Shown here one piece after another: positions 11,471 to 22,324 of a stretch of 64,000 nt of DNA. This DNA comes from Mobula hypostoma (taxonomy: Eukaryota), in NCBI RefSeq assembly GCF_963921235.1, contig NC_086120.1, forward strand, positions 26,598,001 to 26,662,000, written 5' to 3'. The notes under the pieces were generated by a model. It saw only the letters and a program-made list of their open reading frames with translations, made no database searches and was not told where the DNA came from. The position numbers were made by a program, and so were the translations under genes. Position 1 is the stretch's first letter, and each line of letters begins with the position of its first letter.

Positions 11471-13172
11471 TCTACGTGCGTGGGCATGGACCAGTGGGCC
11501 AGTTGTGGGAATGTGGTGCTCGACCCCATGTTTTGTGACAGTAGTGGAGAACGTGGGCTTGGGGAGGTCTGGGACTTCGCGTGTGGTGGTGCCTGCGCTT
11601 GACAGAGTCCTTGTGGAGAACTTACTGGGGAGTAAGGCAACAACCCAAAGTCCTTGACATCCACAAGCTGGCAGTCCATAACTCGACGGACAGTCATTGG
11701 GCACACAGAAAGTCTGCTCCGAGCAGAGGTCTAGCCACTTCAGCCAGGACAAAGTCCCGTGCGTACTGTCGCCCGCTGAAGCAGAGTGTCACCCGACGTA
11801 TCCTGTGAGTCTGGATCCTGCTGCCATTGGTGGTCTCCGGTGAGGTTTTGTTGCTCTTTGTCTTCTCGTCAATAGGCGATGCTGGCAGCACACTCACTTG
11901 AGCACCCGTGTCCCACATGAAACGTTGCCCTGCAGGGATGTTCGTAATGAACGGTAGACAACCCTGGCAGCTGGAACCCGTGCTGTTCACAGTTCTCTGA
12001 TGTCCCGATGCACTGGCACTGTCGGAGATGCAAGGCGGCCGGCCCTCCCTGGTGTTTGTACCAAAGTGAGCGTGGGAAAAACACAGACTCGGAGTCGTCT
12101 GCTTCACAGCCGCAGGCGTCCTTGTGTTGGGGGCCTTGCTGACTGGGCTTATTGAGGTAAAGAAAGAAGCAGGAATGGCAAATCGCTGCCCGGCTGAGCG
12201 TAGACGATCAGACATTTTAGCAAGCTCCCTATAATCCATCATGGGTGCATTAGTGAGGGCTATGCAAACTTGATCAGGGATTTGCTGCATGAAGAGTTCC
12301 TCAAAAATAGAACAAGGATGGTGATTTTCCAGGAGAGACAACACATGGTCCATTAGCTCTGAAGACCTAGCATCACCAAGGCCAGATTAGGAGAGCAACT
12401 CTTTGGTGCGCTCAAACTCCAAAAGTCCAAAAGTCTGTAAAAGCTGAGTTTTCAGTGATCGGTATTTATCGTGTTCAGGCGGATGTTCAAGCAGATTCAC
12501 CAGTCTCACAGCCGTTGAATTGCTGAGCAATGCTACCACGTAGTAGAATTTGGTATCATCTGCGGTGATTTTCCGCAGTACGAACTGAGCCTCAGCTTGT
12601 ACAAACCAAGCGATGGCATTTTGCTCCCAAAGCTCCAGCAGTTTCAAAGTGACTGCATTGGCCGACACGCTCAATAACTCTGGAATCGTCCTAGAGCGTT
12701 GGGGTGACCAATGTAGGTTTTCGCAAATAAAGCAGTGAGGTGTTTACATTTAATGAAACCCATAACACAGTTAATTGAACTCCACAACCTAAACACAAAA
12801 GCGTGCTAAAAATCTTTACGTTACAATGTCATCACGTCAGACCAGCCTCTTAAAGTGAAGCCCCAACTCAACGTCGGTTGTTGTGAATTACATACTTTTC
12901 TCCCAGTTATGTTACCCTACACTATCTTCATATTTTGGGTTGTGCTTTCTTTAAGTTTACCGGTCTGTACTTCTTATCAGAACTGGATATGCTCACTTGG
13001 AGTGCTGAATCCTGCTTTTGTTGATGAAGCTATATCCTTAGATGTTCTATCTGATGGTTGTGTAAATTTTTAATGTCTGTTATTCCTCTTCCCCCTTCCG
13101 TCCTCGGTGGTGTTAATCTAAACATGTTCGAGCATACATAGTGCTTTCTAAAATCTGTCATTTCAGTTCTTA

Positions 13173-13354
13173 AAAACGCAAACACGATGAAATAAGCAAC
13201 ACACATAAAAGTGCCTGGTGAACGCAGCAGGCCAGGCAGCATCTCTAGGAACAGGTACATTTGACAGGTCCTGACAAAGGGTCTTGGCCCGAAACGTCGA
13301 CTGTGCCTCTTCCTAGAGATGCTGCCTGGCCTGCTGCGTTCACCAGCAACTTTG
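13173..13354. mobile_element. Hairpin retroposon with a hammerhead-like motif in the loop
   Basis: 13-bp TSD atttcagttctta at 13160-13172 and 13355-13367. Near-perfect inverted arms of ~50 bp. Loop reads gtc-CTGACAA-aggg-tcttgg-ccc-GAAA-cgtc-gac. Confidence 0.8.
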
Positions 13355-13429
13355 ATTTCAGTTCTTATTTTTCTTTGTAAGTTTTACAGATCAGTTTTGG
13401 CCCAAGATAATATTTACTGGAATATTACT

Positions 13430-13880
13430 TGGGTTTCATCTCCTAAGTTACAGAGAAAGATTGAACAAGTTGGGTCTTTATTCTTTGGAGCATAGAAGGT
13501 TGAGGGGGGACTTGATAGAGGTGTTTAAAATTATGAGAGGGATAGATAGAGTTGATGTGGATAGGCTTTTTCCATTGAGAATGAGGGAGATTCAAACAAG
13601 AGGACATGAGTTGAGAGTTAAAGGGCAAAAGTTTAGGGCTAACATGAGGGGGAACTTCTTTACTCAGAGAGTGGTAGCTGTGTGGAACGAGCTTCCAGCA
13701 GAAGTGGTTGAGGCAGGTTGGATGTTGCCTTTTAAAGTTAAATTAGATAGATATATGGACAGGAAAGGAATGGAGGGTTATGGACTGAGTGCAGGTTGGT
13801 GGGACTAGGTGAGAGTAAAAATTCGGCACGGACTAGAAGGGCCGAGATGGCCTGTTTCCATGCTGTAATTGTTATATTAT
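13430..13880 (+). mobile_element. Young 5'-truncated CR1 3' end
   Basis: LGLYSLEHRRLRGDLIEVFKIM...AGWWD*, nearly identical to the 3' end of the element at 41705-45530. Confidence 0.9.
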
Positions 13881-14339
13881 GCCAGAAGAATACGTTAAGA
13901 TGGGCATAGTGAAAGTGTTTATTGCCTGTGTTATATTTTTACCTTTGAGCCCTATTGGGCAGATTTTCTTAAGACTTAAAGAAAATTCTGTCCAACATTT
14001 TCTCTGATCTACTTTCTTTGGTTATTGATATCATAAATACATGTTTCATATTCATCCATCGGTTGCATTGTAATATTATTATTATTTCTCTTTTTTAAAT
14101 TTTTTATTGGCACAGTTTGTTCTCTTTTGCACATTGGTTGTTTGTCCACCTGCTGGGCGCAGTCATTGATTCTATCGTGTTTCGTGTCCTTGCTATGAAT
14201 ACCCACAAGAAAATGAATCCTATTGTTCATGGTGACATATATGTACTTCGATAATAAGTTCACTTTGAACTTTGTTGAGGAAGCAGGGAGTCTGCAGAAG
14301 CACATAGATGGGAGAATGGGCAAACAAGTGGCAGATGGT

Positions 14340-14980
14340 GTGTTGTTGCAAGGCAAATGCAATGTTGGCATTGATTCCAAGAGGTCTACAATACAAGAGC
14401 AGGGGTGCGATGCTGAGGGTTTATAAGGCACTGGTGAGGCCTCACCCTGAGTATTGTGAACAGTTTTGGGCTCCTTATCTAAGAAAAGATGTGCTGGCAT
14501 TGGAGAGGGTTTGGAGGAGGTTCACAAGGATGATTCCGGGAATGAAAGGGTTATCATACGAGGAACATTTAATAGCTCTGGGTCTGTACTCACTGGAATT
14601 TAGGATGGGGGGGGGATCTCATTGAAGCCTTTTGAATGCTGAGTAGATGTGGGAAGGATGTTTCCCATGTTGGGGCAGTCAAGGACAAGAGGGCACAGCC
14701 TCAGGATAAAGGGGTGTCCATTTAAAACAGAAACGAGGAGAAATTTCTTTGGTGGTGAATTTGTGGAATTTATTACCACAGGCAGCTGTGGAGGCCAGGT
14801 CATTGGGTGTATTTAAGGCCGAGCTTGATAGGTTCTTGATTGGACATGGCATCAGAGGTTATGAGGAGAGGGCCTGGGAGTGGGGTTGAGGAAGGGAAAA
14901 AAGGATCAGCCACGATTGAATGGTGATGTAGACTCAATGGGCTAAAATGGCCTAATTCTGCTCCTATGTCTTATGGTCTT
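14340..14980 (+). mobile_element. 5'-truncated CR1 inserted into another CR1
   Basis: KANAMLALIPRG...LVRPHPEYCEQFWAPY plus a 3'UTR ending ctcctatgtcttatggtct. Confidence 0.75.
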
Positions 14981-15050
14981 GTGGAATATAGTGTAGGGAA
15001 GTGTATGGTCATGCACTTTGGTAGAAGGAATAAAGGTGTCAAATATTTTC

Positions 15051-16107
15051 TTTCTTTTTCAATATTTTTATTAATTACTTGCACAGACGAATACAAAATA
15101 CATAATGATATTATGGAAACAGAAACAAGATTGAATTTCCCCATAACTATGTATAGTAAATTAACCATAATATTGAAAAGGTATATTTTATTCTAATCTA
15201 AAGCAAAATCAAAACCCCATAACAAAACAAAAAAAAAGAGAAAGGGGAAAAAAACAGCTGTTTGGTCAAAAGAAAAGAAAATCTCTGACATATAGTCGTA
15301 AATTCAAACATATAATAGCCGTCATCATTGCTGAACAAATCGAAAATTGTGAAAGTAGTTCCAAAAAGGTCCCCATACTGTGAAAAAATCTTGTCTAGGT
15401 ATGGAAATAGAACACCTAATCTTCTCTAGATTTAAACATGACATAACATCAATCAACCAATGGGCACGAGTAGGCGGAGTGGCATCCTTCCATTTAAGCA
15501 ACAACTCTTCTGGCTAAAAGAGAAATAAAAGCCAAAAAATGCAAATCATTCGGCTTAAGAGTAAAATCATTTCCTCCAACAATGCCAAATAAGGCAGTCA
15601 GAGGGTTGGGTTTAAAGTTTACTTTAAAAAGTTCTGAGAAAGTTTCAAATACTTCTTTCCAAAATTTATCAAGCCGTGAGCAGGACCAAAACATATGAAT
15701 TAAAGAGGCCTCTTTGACATTACACCTATTACAGTATGGAGAAAAATCTGAGTAAAAACGAGAGAGCTTATCTTTAGTCATGTAGGCTATATGAACCACT
15801 TTAAATTGTAGAAGAGAGTGACGTGCACATGACGAAGAGGTGTGAACAAGTTTAAAAATTCCATTCCAAGTATCCTCATCAATTGAAATCTGTAGGTCTT
15901 GTTCCCAGAGGTTTTTAATTTTGTTTAACGGAATACTTCTCATTCCCAACAACATACAATAAATATTAGAAATAGATCCATTATGAAAAGGTTTCAAAGT
16001 AAAAATTGTATCAATTAAATTCTTATCTGGACGTTTAGGAAATGTATGAAGTTGACACAATAAGTCTCTAATTTGTAAATATCTAAAAAAGTGAGCTTTA
16101 CAAAGAT
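15051..16107 (-). mobile_element. L1/Tx1-clade LINE 3' fragment
   Basis: LQFKVVH...YCNRCNVKEASLIHMFWSC is the L1-type C-terminal CCHC domain. A-rich tail on the - strand. Confidence 0.8.
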
Positions 16108-16243
16108 TATATTCTAAACGGGGAGAAAATTCAAAAATCAGAAGTGCAAAGGGATTAGGGAGTCCTCATGCACGATTCTCTAAAGGTTAACTTGCAGGTT
16201 GAGTTGGTGGTACAGAAGGCAAATGCAATGTTAGCATTCTTTT

Positions 16244-17140
16244 AAATTTGCAGATGATACCACAGTGGTGGGGCTCATCAGCAAAAATGATGAAACAATG
16301 TACAGGGAGGAGGTCAAACACCTAGAGAGCTGGTGCAGGGATAATAACTTGATGCTTAATGTCTCCAAAACCAAGGAGATGATTGTCCATTTCAGACGGT
16401 CTCAGCCTGAGCACACACCCCTCAGCATCAGCGGCTCCACAGTGGAGAGAGTGGAAAACATCAAGTTCCTTGGGGTGCAGATCTCAGACAATCTCAACTG
16501 GTCCAGGAACACCACTGGGATTGTGAAATGGGCCCAGCAGAGATTGCACTTTCTGAGGAAGCTTAAAAAAGCATCACTCCCCACTAACATTCTACAGAGG
16601 CGTGGTTGAGAGTGTGCTGACCTTTTGCATCACAACCTGGTACTCCAGCTGCAGTGCTGTCGACAAAAAAGCCTTGCAGAGGGTGATTAGGGGAGCAGAG
16701 AAGGTTATTGGGGTCTCCCTACCTTTTGTCCAAGACCTCTTTCAGAGTCGATGTCTCCAGAAGACACGGTACATCATTAAAGACCCCTCACACCCTCTCC
16801 ATGAACTGTTTGTTCTTCTGCCATCAGGCAAACGTTACAGGAGCATCAAAACTAAAACCACAAGGCAACTAAACAGCTTCCTCCCACAGGCAGTCAGACT
16901 GCTAAATAGCTGCTCTACCTGACTCTGCTTTGGACACTTTTAACTTGCACTGGACACTTATAACTTGATTTTAACTGACATGTGGCTGTTGTGTTTTACT
17001 ATTTATTGTTATGTTTATTATTTAGTGTTGCGTTTGTTATGTTATGATTGCACTGCTTCTGAGAAACGTTGTCTCATTCTGCCCTGCAGAGCTGATGTAC
17101 GGTTAGAATGACAATAAAGTTTTTTGAATCTTGAATCTTT
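16244..17140 (+). mobile_element. Rex1/Babar-type LINE 3' fragment
   Basis: KFADDTTVVGLIS...WCRDNNLMLNVSKTKEMIVHFRR and DPSHPLHELFVLLPSGKRYRS, with a (TTGAATC)n tail. Confidence 0.85.
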
Positions 17141-17967
17141 TCCAGAGGATTAGAATATGGATGTGATGCTGAAGCTTTTAAGTCCTTGATCAGACTGCAC
17201 TTGGAGTAATGTGAGTAGTTTTGGGCCGCTTAACAAAGAAAAGATGTACTGGCATTGGAGAGGGTCCAGAGGAGGTACACGAGAATGATTCTGGGAACTA
17301 AAGGGTTAATGCACAAGGAGCGTTTGATGGCTCTGGGCCTGTACTCGCTGGAGTTTGGAAGAATGAGGTGGGATCTCTTTGAAACCTCATTGAATATTGA
17401 AAGGCCTAGACAGAGTGGATGTGGAAAGGCAGTTTCCTATGATGGGAGGATCTAGGACCAGAGGGCACAGCCTCAGAACAGAGGGGCATTCATTTACAAC
17501 AGAGTCAAGGAGGTATTTCTTTAGCCAGAGGGTGGTGAATCTGTGGAATTCATTGCCACAAAGGGCAGTGGTCATGGGATATATTTAAAGTGGAGGTTGA
17601 TAGGTTCTTGATTAGTCAGGGCATTAAAGGTTACAGGGAGAATGCAAGGAATGGTGTTGAGAGGGATAATTAATTAGCCATGTCCGAATGGTGGAGCAGA
17701 CTTGATGGTCCAAGTGGTCTACTTTGCTTCTGTGTTTTATGGTCTTATGATAATTATCACATAATCTGTAAAAGTGATGGGGGGGGGTGCTCAGACTTAA
17801 TTTGGGGAAGGGGGAAGGGAAGTTTCTATTCTTGATTTTTTTTTAAGTATGCCCTGGAATATTTTATCGTAACGTGACAAAGAGAAGCTAGCCTTATCTA
17901 ACAGTTCACACACAAGAAAGCACACAAAGTGCTGGAGAAATTCAGCAGGCCAGCCAGCATCTATACA

Positions 17968-18001
17968 GCCGACGTTTCGGGCCAAGACCCTTCCTCAGGA
18001 C
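17968..18001 (-). ncRNA. Minimal type-I hammerhead ribozyme-like motif within a Penelope-related repeat
   Basis: The - strand reads GUC-CUGAGGA-A-GGG-ucuugg-CCC-GAAA-CGUC-GGC: intact CUGANGA and GAAA cores, 3-bp stem II, GUC triplet, short stem I. Confidence 0.55.
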
Positions 18002-18240
18002 ATGTGGGACCTGCCACTTTTCAAATGTCAATCCCCTGCATATTTTATAAATAATTAACTTTGGACCAGAAAATAAAATAAGCTAAATAGCTTTGTAGAA
18101 GCTGTTCTGAATAAAATATCGTCACTGTCTTAAATCGTCATTACATTGTTCAAAGTGAGAGGAATCCCGGGACAAACGTCCAGCTTCTGTTTTGCGGGGA
18201 ACAAATTTTGAAGTGACACAAACCGTCGCCCCGCAGAAAG

Positions 18241-18444
18241 ATGGCGGCGGCAGCGGTTTCCGGTTGGGTACACGGTGCCGAGTTGCCTCTCCCTGATGGG
18301 CTCTCACTTACACTCCGTGAGGCGCTGCTCAAGGTTCTGGAAAATCGGCCCGAAGACCCCGTTTCCTTCCTGGGTGAATACTTCCAAAACCTAGCGGTGG
18401 CTTCCGAAGGAACAGCGGAGAAACCGGTTCCGAGGCAACAGGAG
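18241..18444 (+). CDS. TPGS1: Tubulin polyglutamylase complex subunit 1, exon 1
   Basis: Strong Kozak aagATGG. LREALLKVLENRPEDPVSFLGEYF is the RIIa/DPY30-like docking motif of TPGS1. Donor GAG|GTAACC, phase 0. Confidence 0.9.
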
Positions 18445-18540
18445 GTAACCAGGCGACGGGGTCGTGATCAGGCTAACCCTCACGCAGCAGAAGGGTCGTG
18501 TTCGATCCTCGACCCAAGAACCATCCCTCAATCTCCGTAC

Positions 18541-18660
18541 CTCCTCCCTCCCTCCCTCCCCCCTCCCCCCCGTTCTCCTCCCCTTTCCCCTCCCCCATTC
18601 CCCTCCCCCCCGTTTCCTCCCCTTTCCCCTCCCCCATTCCCCTCCCCCATTCGCCTCTAC
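18541..18660. repeat. C-rich polypyrimidine tandem repeat in the TPGS1 intron
   Basis: Repeated ctcccctttcccctcccccattcccctccccc, giving G-runs on the - strand. Confidence 0.8.
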
Positions 18661-19221
18661 CTGTCTTCCCTCCTACCCCAACCGCTCGTCACTCCATCTG
18701 AGGCCCTTCTGCTATTGACACACTCTGCGGACACCCTCTCCTTTTCAATACACCTTTCAAAACGACACTGTTTTTAAGATTCCAGAACATTATTTCCATG
18801 AAAAGAATCCCCAGTTTAAGGACTTGCAGCACAAAACTGGCCTTACCAACCAAAATGCTTATTTATACTGATCTCATATAGCCACATTTGCTCGAGAGTT
18901 TCTATTCCTTGGCAATGTAGGCACTTTCAGCACATTACAGCAACGTAGAGGTCCTTTTAACCTACTCTTAGATCAACCTAACCCTTCTCCCCTACATAGC
19001 GCACCAGTTTTCTATCATCCGTGTGCTGTTTAAATGTGAGAGTGCTTGCCTCCATGGTGCCCTCTCACAAATTCCGGCTGCGCTCTGTGTTCATTTTCAG
19101 GTTCCTTTCCTCTTCTTGAGGGAAAGCAGGTGCCTGTTGACGTCTTGGAAGAGAAGGTTGATGAATGAAAAGAGGAGAGTTGGGTAGGAGACTAACCAAG
19201 TTTGTTTTGGTCTCCCAACAG

Positions 19222-19800
19222 GAGCAGATTTCCAGTGCCCTTAAACAGCTACTGCTCTGTCACTACAGCAGACCAGCCTTCAGCAGGAATACAGCCCTGG
19301 CTTTCCAGACCCTAAGCTGCCCCACAGACAGGAGGAAAAAGCCTGGTCTCAAGGGCAGAGTTTACACTGAGCTCTTAAGGCAGATCTGTGGAAGTGCAGG
19401 CACTTCCTCCTGCTCCCTGCTCGACAAATTGCGATGCTGGGACCACGAGGCGGTTCCTTTCAGCGTCTTCCGACACGGAGTGCTCACTTGCTTTGTCTTC
19501 CTGGACTTTGTGGAGATTTCCGGGAGGCTATTTGAGGTGGTGGCAGAGTCTGGGGAGGCCAGTCGGACAGTGTGTCAGGCTCTGCTCGAGGCTCTGCAGG
19601 ACGCTCTGAGTGTTAGTGGGTCAGCCAGTGGCAATGGGTGTCTGGACGCTGCCTCAAAACTCAGCCCTGACCAGCTTGGGATGACCATGGAACAGGCAAT
19701 GAGGCTACGGAGAAATGAAACCACCCCACCGATGACACAGGAGGAGTTCACTCAGCTCACTGCTCCTCTCTTTATTCAAAGAGTGAAGCCCATGTGTTGA
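19222..19800 (+). CDS. TPGS1: Tubulin polyglutamylase complex subunit 1, exon 2 (protein ~260 aa)
   Basis: CAG acceptor at 19219-19221, in frame. RKKPGLKGRVYTELLRQIC and CWDHEAVPFSVFRHGVLTCFVFLDF match TPGS1. Stop TGA at 19798-19800. Confidence 0.92.
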   Translation, partial: EQISSALKQLLLCHYSRPAFSRNTALAFQTLSCPTDRRKKPGLKGRVYTELLRQICGSAGTSSCSLLDKLRCWDHEAVPFSVFRHGVLTCFVFLDFVEISGRLFEVVAESGEASRTVCQALLEALQDALSVSGSASGNGCLDAASKLSPDQLGMTMEQAMRLRRNETTPPMTQEEFTQLTAPLFIQRVKPMC

Positions 19801-20099
19801 CTGGATAGAAATAGGCAGCAATTTCATTCAGACATGATGGCACCAGATCCCTGCATGCTCCCCCTCAGCCAGTGCTGCATGATGCTGGCATATTGTTGCC
19901 TGGCTCGACACAGTGTATTTTCAAGGTTGTGTCCACCTTGAGGCAAACTCCACGCTCACACACCCTCTGCCATCCTCTCTCTTGTCCACTCTGTGCCTGA
20001 TTATTTCTCGCCTAGGCTGGTGCCTTATCCCCGTCCTAGTTCTTCAAGCATACCTGCCAAATTAATCTTCTGGTCGGAGTGCCTGACTTGTAAAGATGT

Positions 20100-20512
20100 G
20101 CTTCATATACCCAAAGACTTGGCCTCCACACCCGTCCATGGCAATGAATTCCACAGAATGGTCAGCCTCTGACTGAAGAAATTCCTCTTCATCTCTGATC
20201 TAAAGGGATATCTTTGCATTTTGGTCCTAGACTCCCCCACTATAGGAAACATGCTCTCCATGTCCACTCTGTTTAGGCCTTTCAATATTCAATAGGTTTC
20301 ACTGAAATCCCCAACATTCTTCTAAATTCTAATAAGTACAGGAACAAAGCCCTCAAATACTCCTCACACCTTAACCCTTTCATTCCCACAGTTATTCTCG
20401 TGAACCCTTGCCAATGCCAGCACATCCTTTCTCAGATAAAGGGCCCAAAACTGCTTGCCAAATTCCAAGTGCGGTCTGATCAATGCCTTTTAAAGCCTCA
20501 GCATAACAACCT
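20100..20512 (-). mobile_element. CR1 3' fragment
   Basis: KGLNRVDMESMFPIVGESRT...RNFFSQRL. Confidence 0.75.
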
Positions 20513-20552
20513 TGAGTGGGTCTATTTCAAGTGAGTTCCATACACACAAATA

Positions 20553-20760
20553 TGCTGGCCGGTGGTGTAGTGGCATCTGCACCGGACTTCAAGGCGAAAG
20601 GCCCCGGGTTCGAATCCGGCTGGCTCCTCGCACACTTTCCATCTGTGCTGGGTTGAGCGTCGAGCTAGCAACTCGGCCTCGTAAAAAAAAAAGTTAAGTG
20701 CTACAGAAATGGAAAAAATGCCGCCTGATGCACTATGAGGCATGAAAAGGAACGACCACA
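20553..20760 (+). mobile_element. tRNA-derived SINE
   Basis: A box TGGTGTAGTGG and B box GGTTCGAATCC. Near-perfect 13-bp TSD atacac(a/t)aaata-type at 20540-20552 and 20761-20773. Confidence 0.7.
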
Positions 20761-22033
20761 ATACACATAAATACCCCAACCCAATGCTATTGATAGGGAC
20801 CAGTTTCAAAACTGCCCCTGATCTAGTTGGACTGGATAGGGGCTGGGAGCAGGAAGCCACCTCAATGTGGGGGAACACTGGCTCATATGGTTTTCTTCCA
20901 TTCCAAGGCACGGAGTATGATTCTGCCTGTGTGGGTGCATGACAGTGATATGACAGCATAACCTTGTGAATATTACCACATGAAAGCAAGTTACTGAACT
21001 GCAGGACACACCTTGCTTGTCTGGCTGGATCTTTATATCAAGGACTGTTGATTGGTTGTAACTTGTTTTATACCAGTGTTGCATAAAGGACTCTTGCGTA
21101 TTGTGAGATTAAATTAAACAAATGTTATTGACATTTCCTGTTTACTCTCTGTTTTGGACCCATTATTTTTGACTGTTAATATAAACCTGCCCCCAAAGGT
21201 ACCACCTCCGATCGATCTGGAATTCTCAATTGCCCTTGGTTAGACAGTGAGCACGGACAGGGTGTCAGACCTTGATGTGAGGTGACGGCGTCATAGCACC
21301 ACTTTCTTTCCTCAGCCAAGTGCCAAAGTCCTCGGACATCCGTCAGGCCACCGGCCTGGCTGTCATTATTTATTCTTGGTGAAGTACACCAATGCTCTTG
21401 GACTTCCCTCATGGGGTCACTGGAACCCCTATGAGGGTTGTGGAGTGGAGGAAAGAGGCCTGAAACCTGTGAGTGTTGCCATCACAGGGACACTGGTACT
21501 TAGAGCTCTTACAGTAACTCCACTGTCAGCCTGCCACTAAAAACAATCAGTATCAAAGAAGGAATTTTGTAACAGCAGGCCATTCACCCCCTAGAGTCTT
21601 CTACCATTCAACAAGATCAGAGGCCTAACTCCATTTCCATGTTATCAAAAACCTGTCATTTAACAATGATCTGGCATGAATTATTGTTTGTGAATGAGTG
21701 TTACAAAACTCTGCGTTCCTCAGTGAGTAGAAATGTTTTCAAAGTTTAATTATGAAAGGCCTATCAATTTGGGGAAAATACCTTGTTTTGGATTCCCCAA
21801 GCAGAAGAAATAGAATCTGTCAGTTCCTCTTAATATCTTGAAAACCTTGATCAAATCACCAGTTAGCCTTCTAAATCCATGGAGGAAAACCCTTCTTTGT
21901 GGAACCTCGCTTCACATTTAACCCTTTGGAGTCCAGGGATCATTCTGATAAACCTGCTTTGCACTCTCTCCTGTCGAGTAAGAGAATTAGAAATCTTTTC
22001 TCAATCTGCAGTGAAACAATGTAAAGCAGAGAT

Positions 22034-22039
22034 TTTATT
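22034..22039 (-). terminator. Candidate poly(A) signal of the orphan gene
   Basis: AATAAA on the - strand, ~290 nt downstream of the stop at 22325. Confidence 0.45.
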
Positions 22040-22324
22040 CAGGATGGGTGAAGGCGAACAGTTTGCAAGAGGAATCCTCTTGTCAGAGTACTGACTGAAT
22101 TAGTTGCTGCTGCCAGATTGGCGGCATCTGAAGTTGCCTGCAAAGGGAGCTCAGAACTGAGGTTAATTTTTTTGAACCCAAAATTGCTTTTATATATTCA
22201 ACTTAGATATACAGGGCTCCATTGACTTGCATTCTCTATGAAATATCTTGATTTTCGTTTTCAAAACAGTGATGGAATTCTAGACCTTGTAATCAACACT
22301 GACCAAGGGTATTTGGAATAGAGT

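Larger units (their letters stand above)
9781..12921 (-). mobile_element. Internally deleted Gypsy/Ty3 LTR retrotransposon with both LTRs (12712-12921 and 9781-9992)
   Basis: LTR TGTAGG...CCTACA and a homologous ~210 bp copy. tRNA-Trp-like PBS at 12697-12710 and PPT at about 9997-10010. Gag AWFVQAEAQF, protease DTGAQVSVLP, RT start WGSPLYMVPK, integrase end LRPPYDG. Confidence 0.88.
8895..14008 (-). mobile_element. R4/Dong-clade non-LTR retrotransposon (restriction-like endonuclease), 3' part, fragmented (8895-9780, 12922-13172, 13368-13430, 13880-14008)
   Basis: CRKCREKPETIQRITGS knuckle, VAKIIHQNLALKYKL, YYDRSVITDRTIHNSRLDLVI, EAEGFLAAIQDQV, PRTEGGRGITDI, and C-terminal TRIVQKFL. Confidence 0.75.
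7386..17750 (+). mobile_element. One CR1 LINE ORF2/3'UTR copy split into six pieces (7386-7770, 8459-8728, 14273-14339, 14981-15050, 16108-16243, 17141-17750) by nested insertions
   Basis: The pieces are colinear with the less interrupted CR1 copy at 53425-54860: NYRPVHLTS; DVV|LDF; SGVPRGSV; WQM|EYSVGKC; YFL|NGEKIQK; AMLAF|SRGLEY. Confidence 0.75.

Noticed and set aside
18445-18777. Proline-rich extension of the TPGS1 ORF
   Set aside because: Read-through past the donor at 18444 into an intronic C-rich repeat.
21176-21412. 78-aa ORF in unique sequence downstream of the orphan gene
   Set aside because: Short, no motifs, and no convincing splice context.
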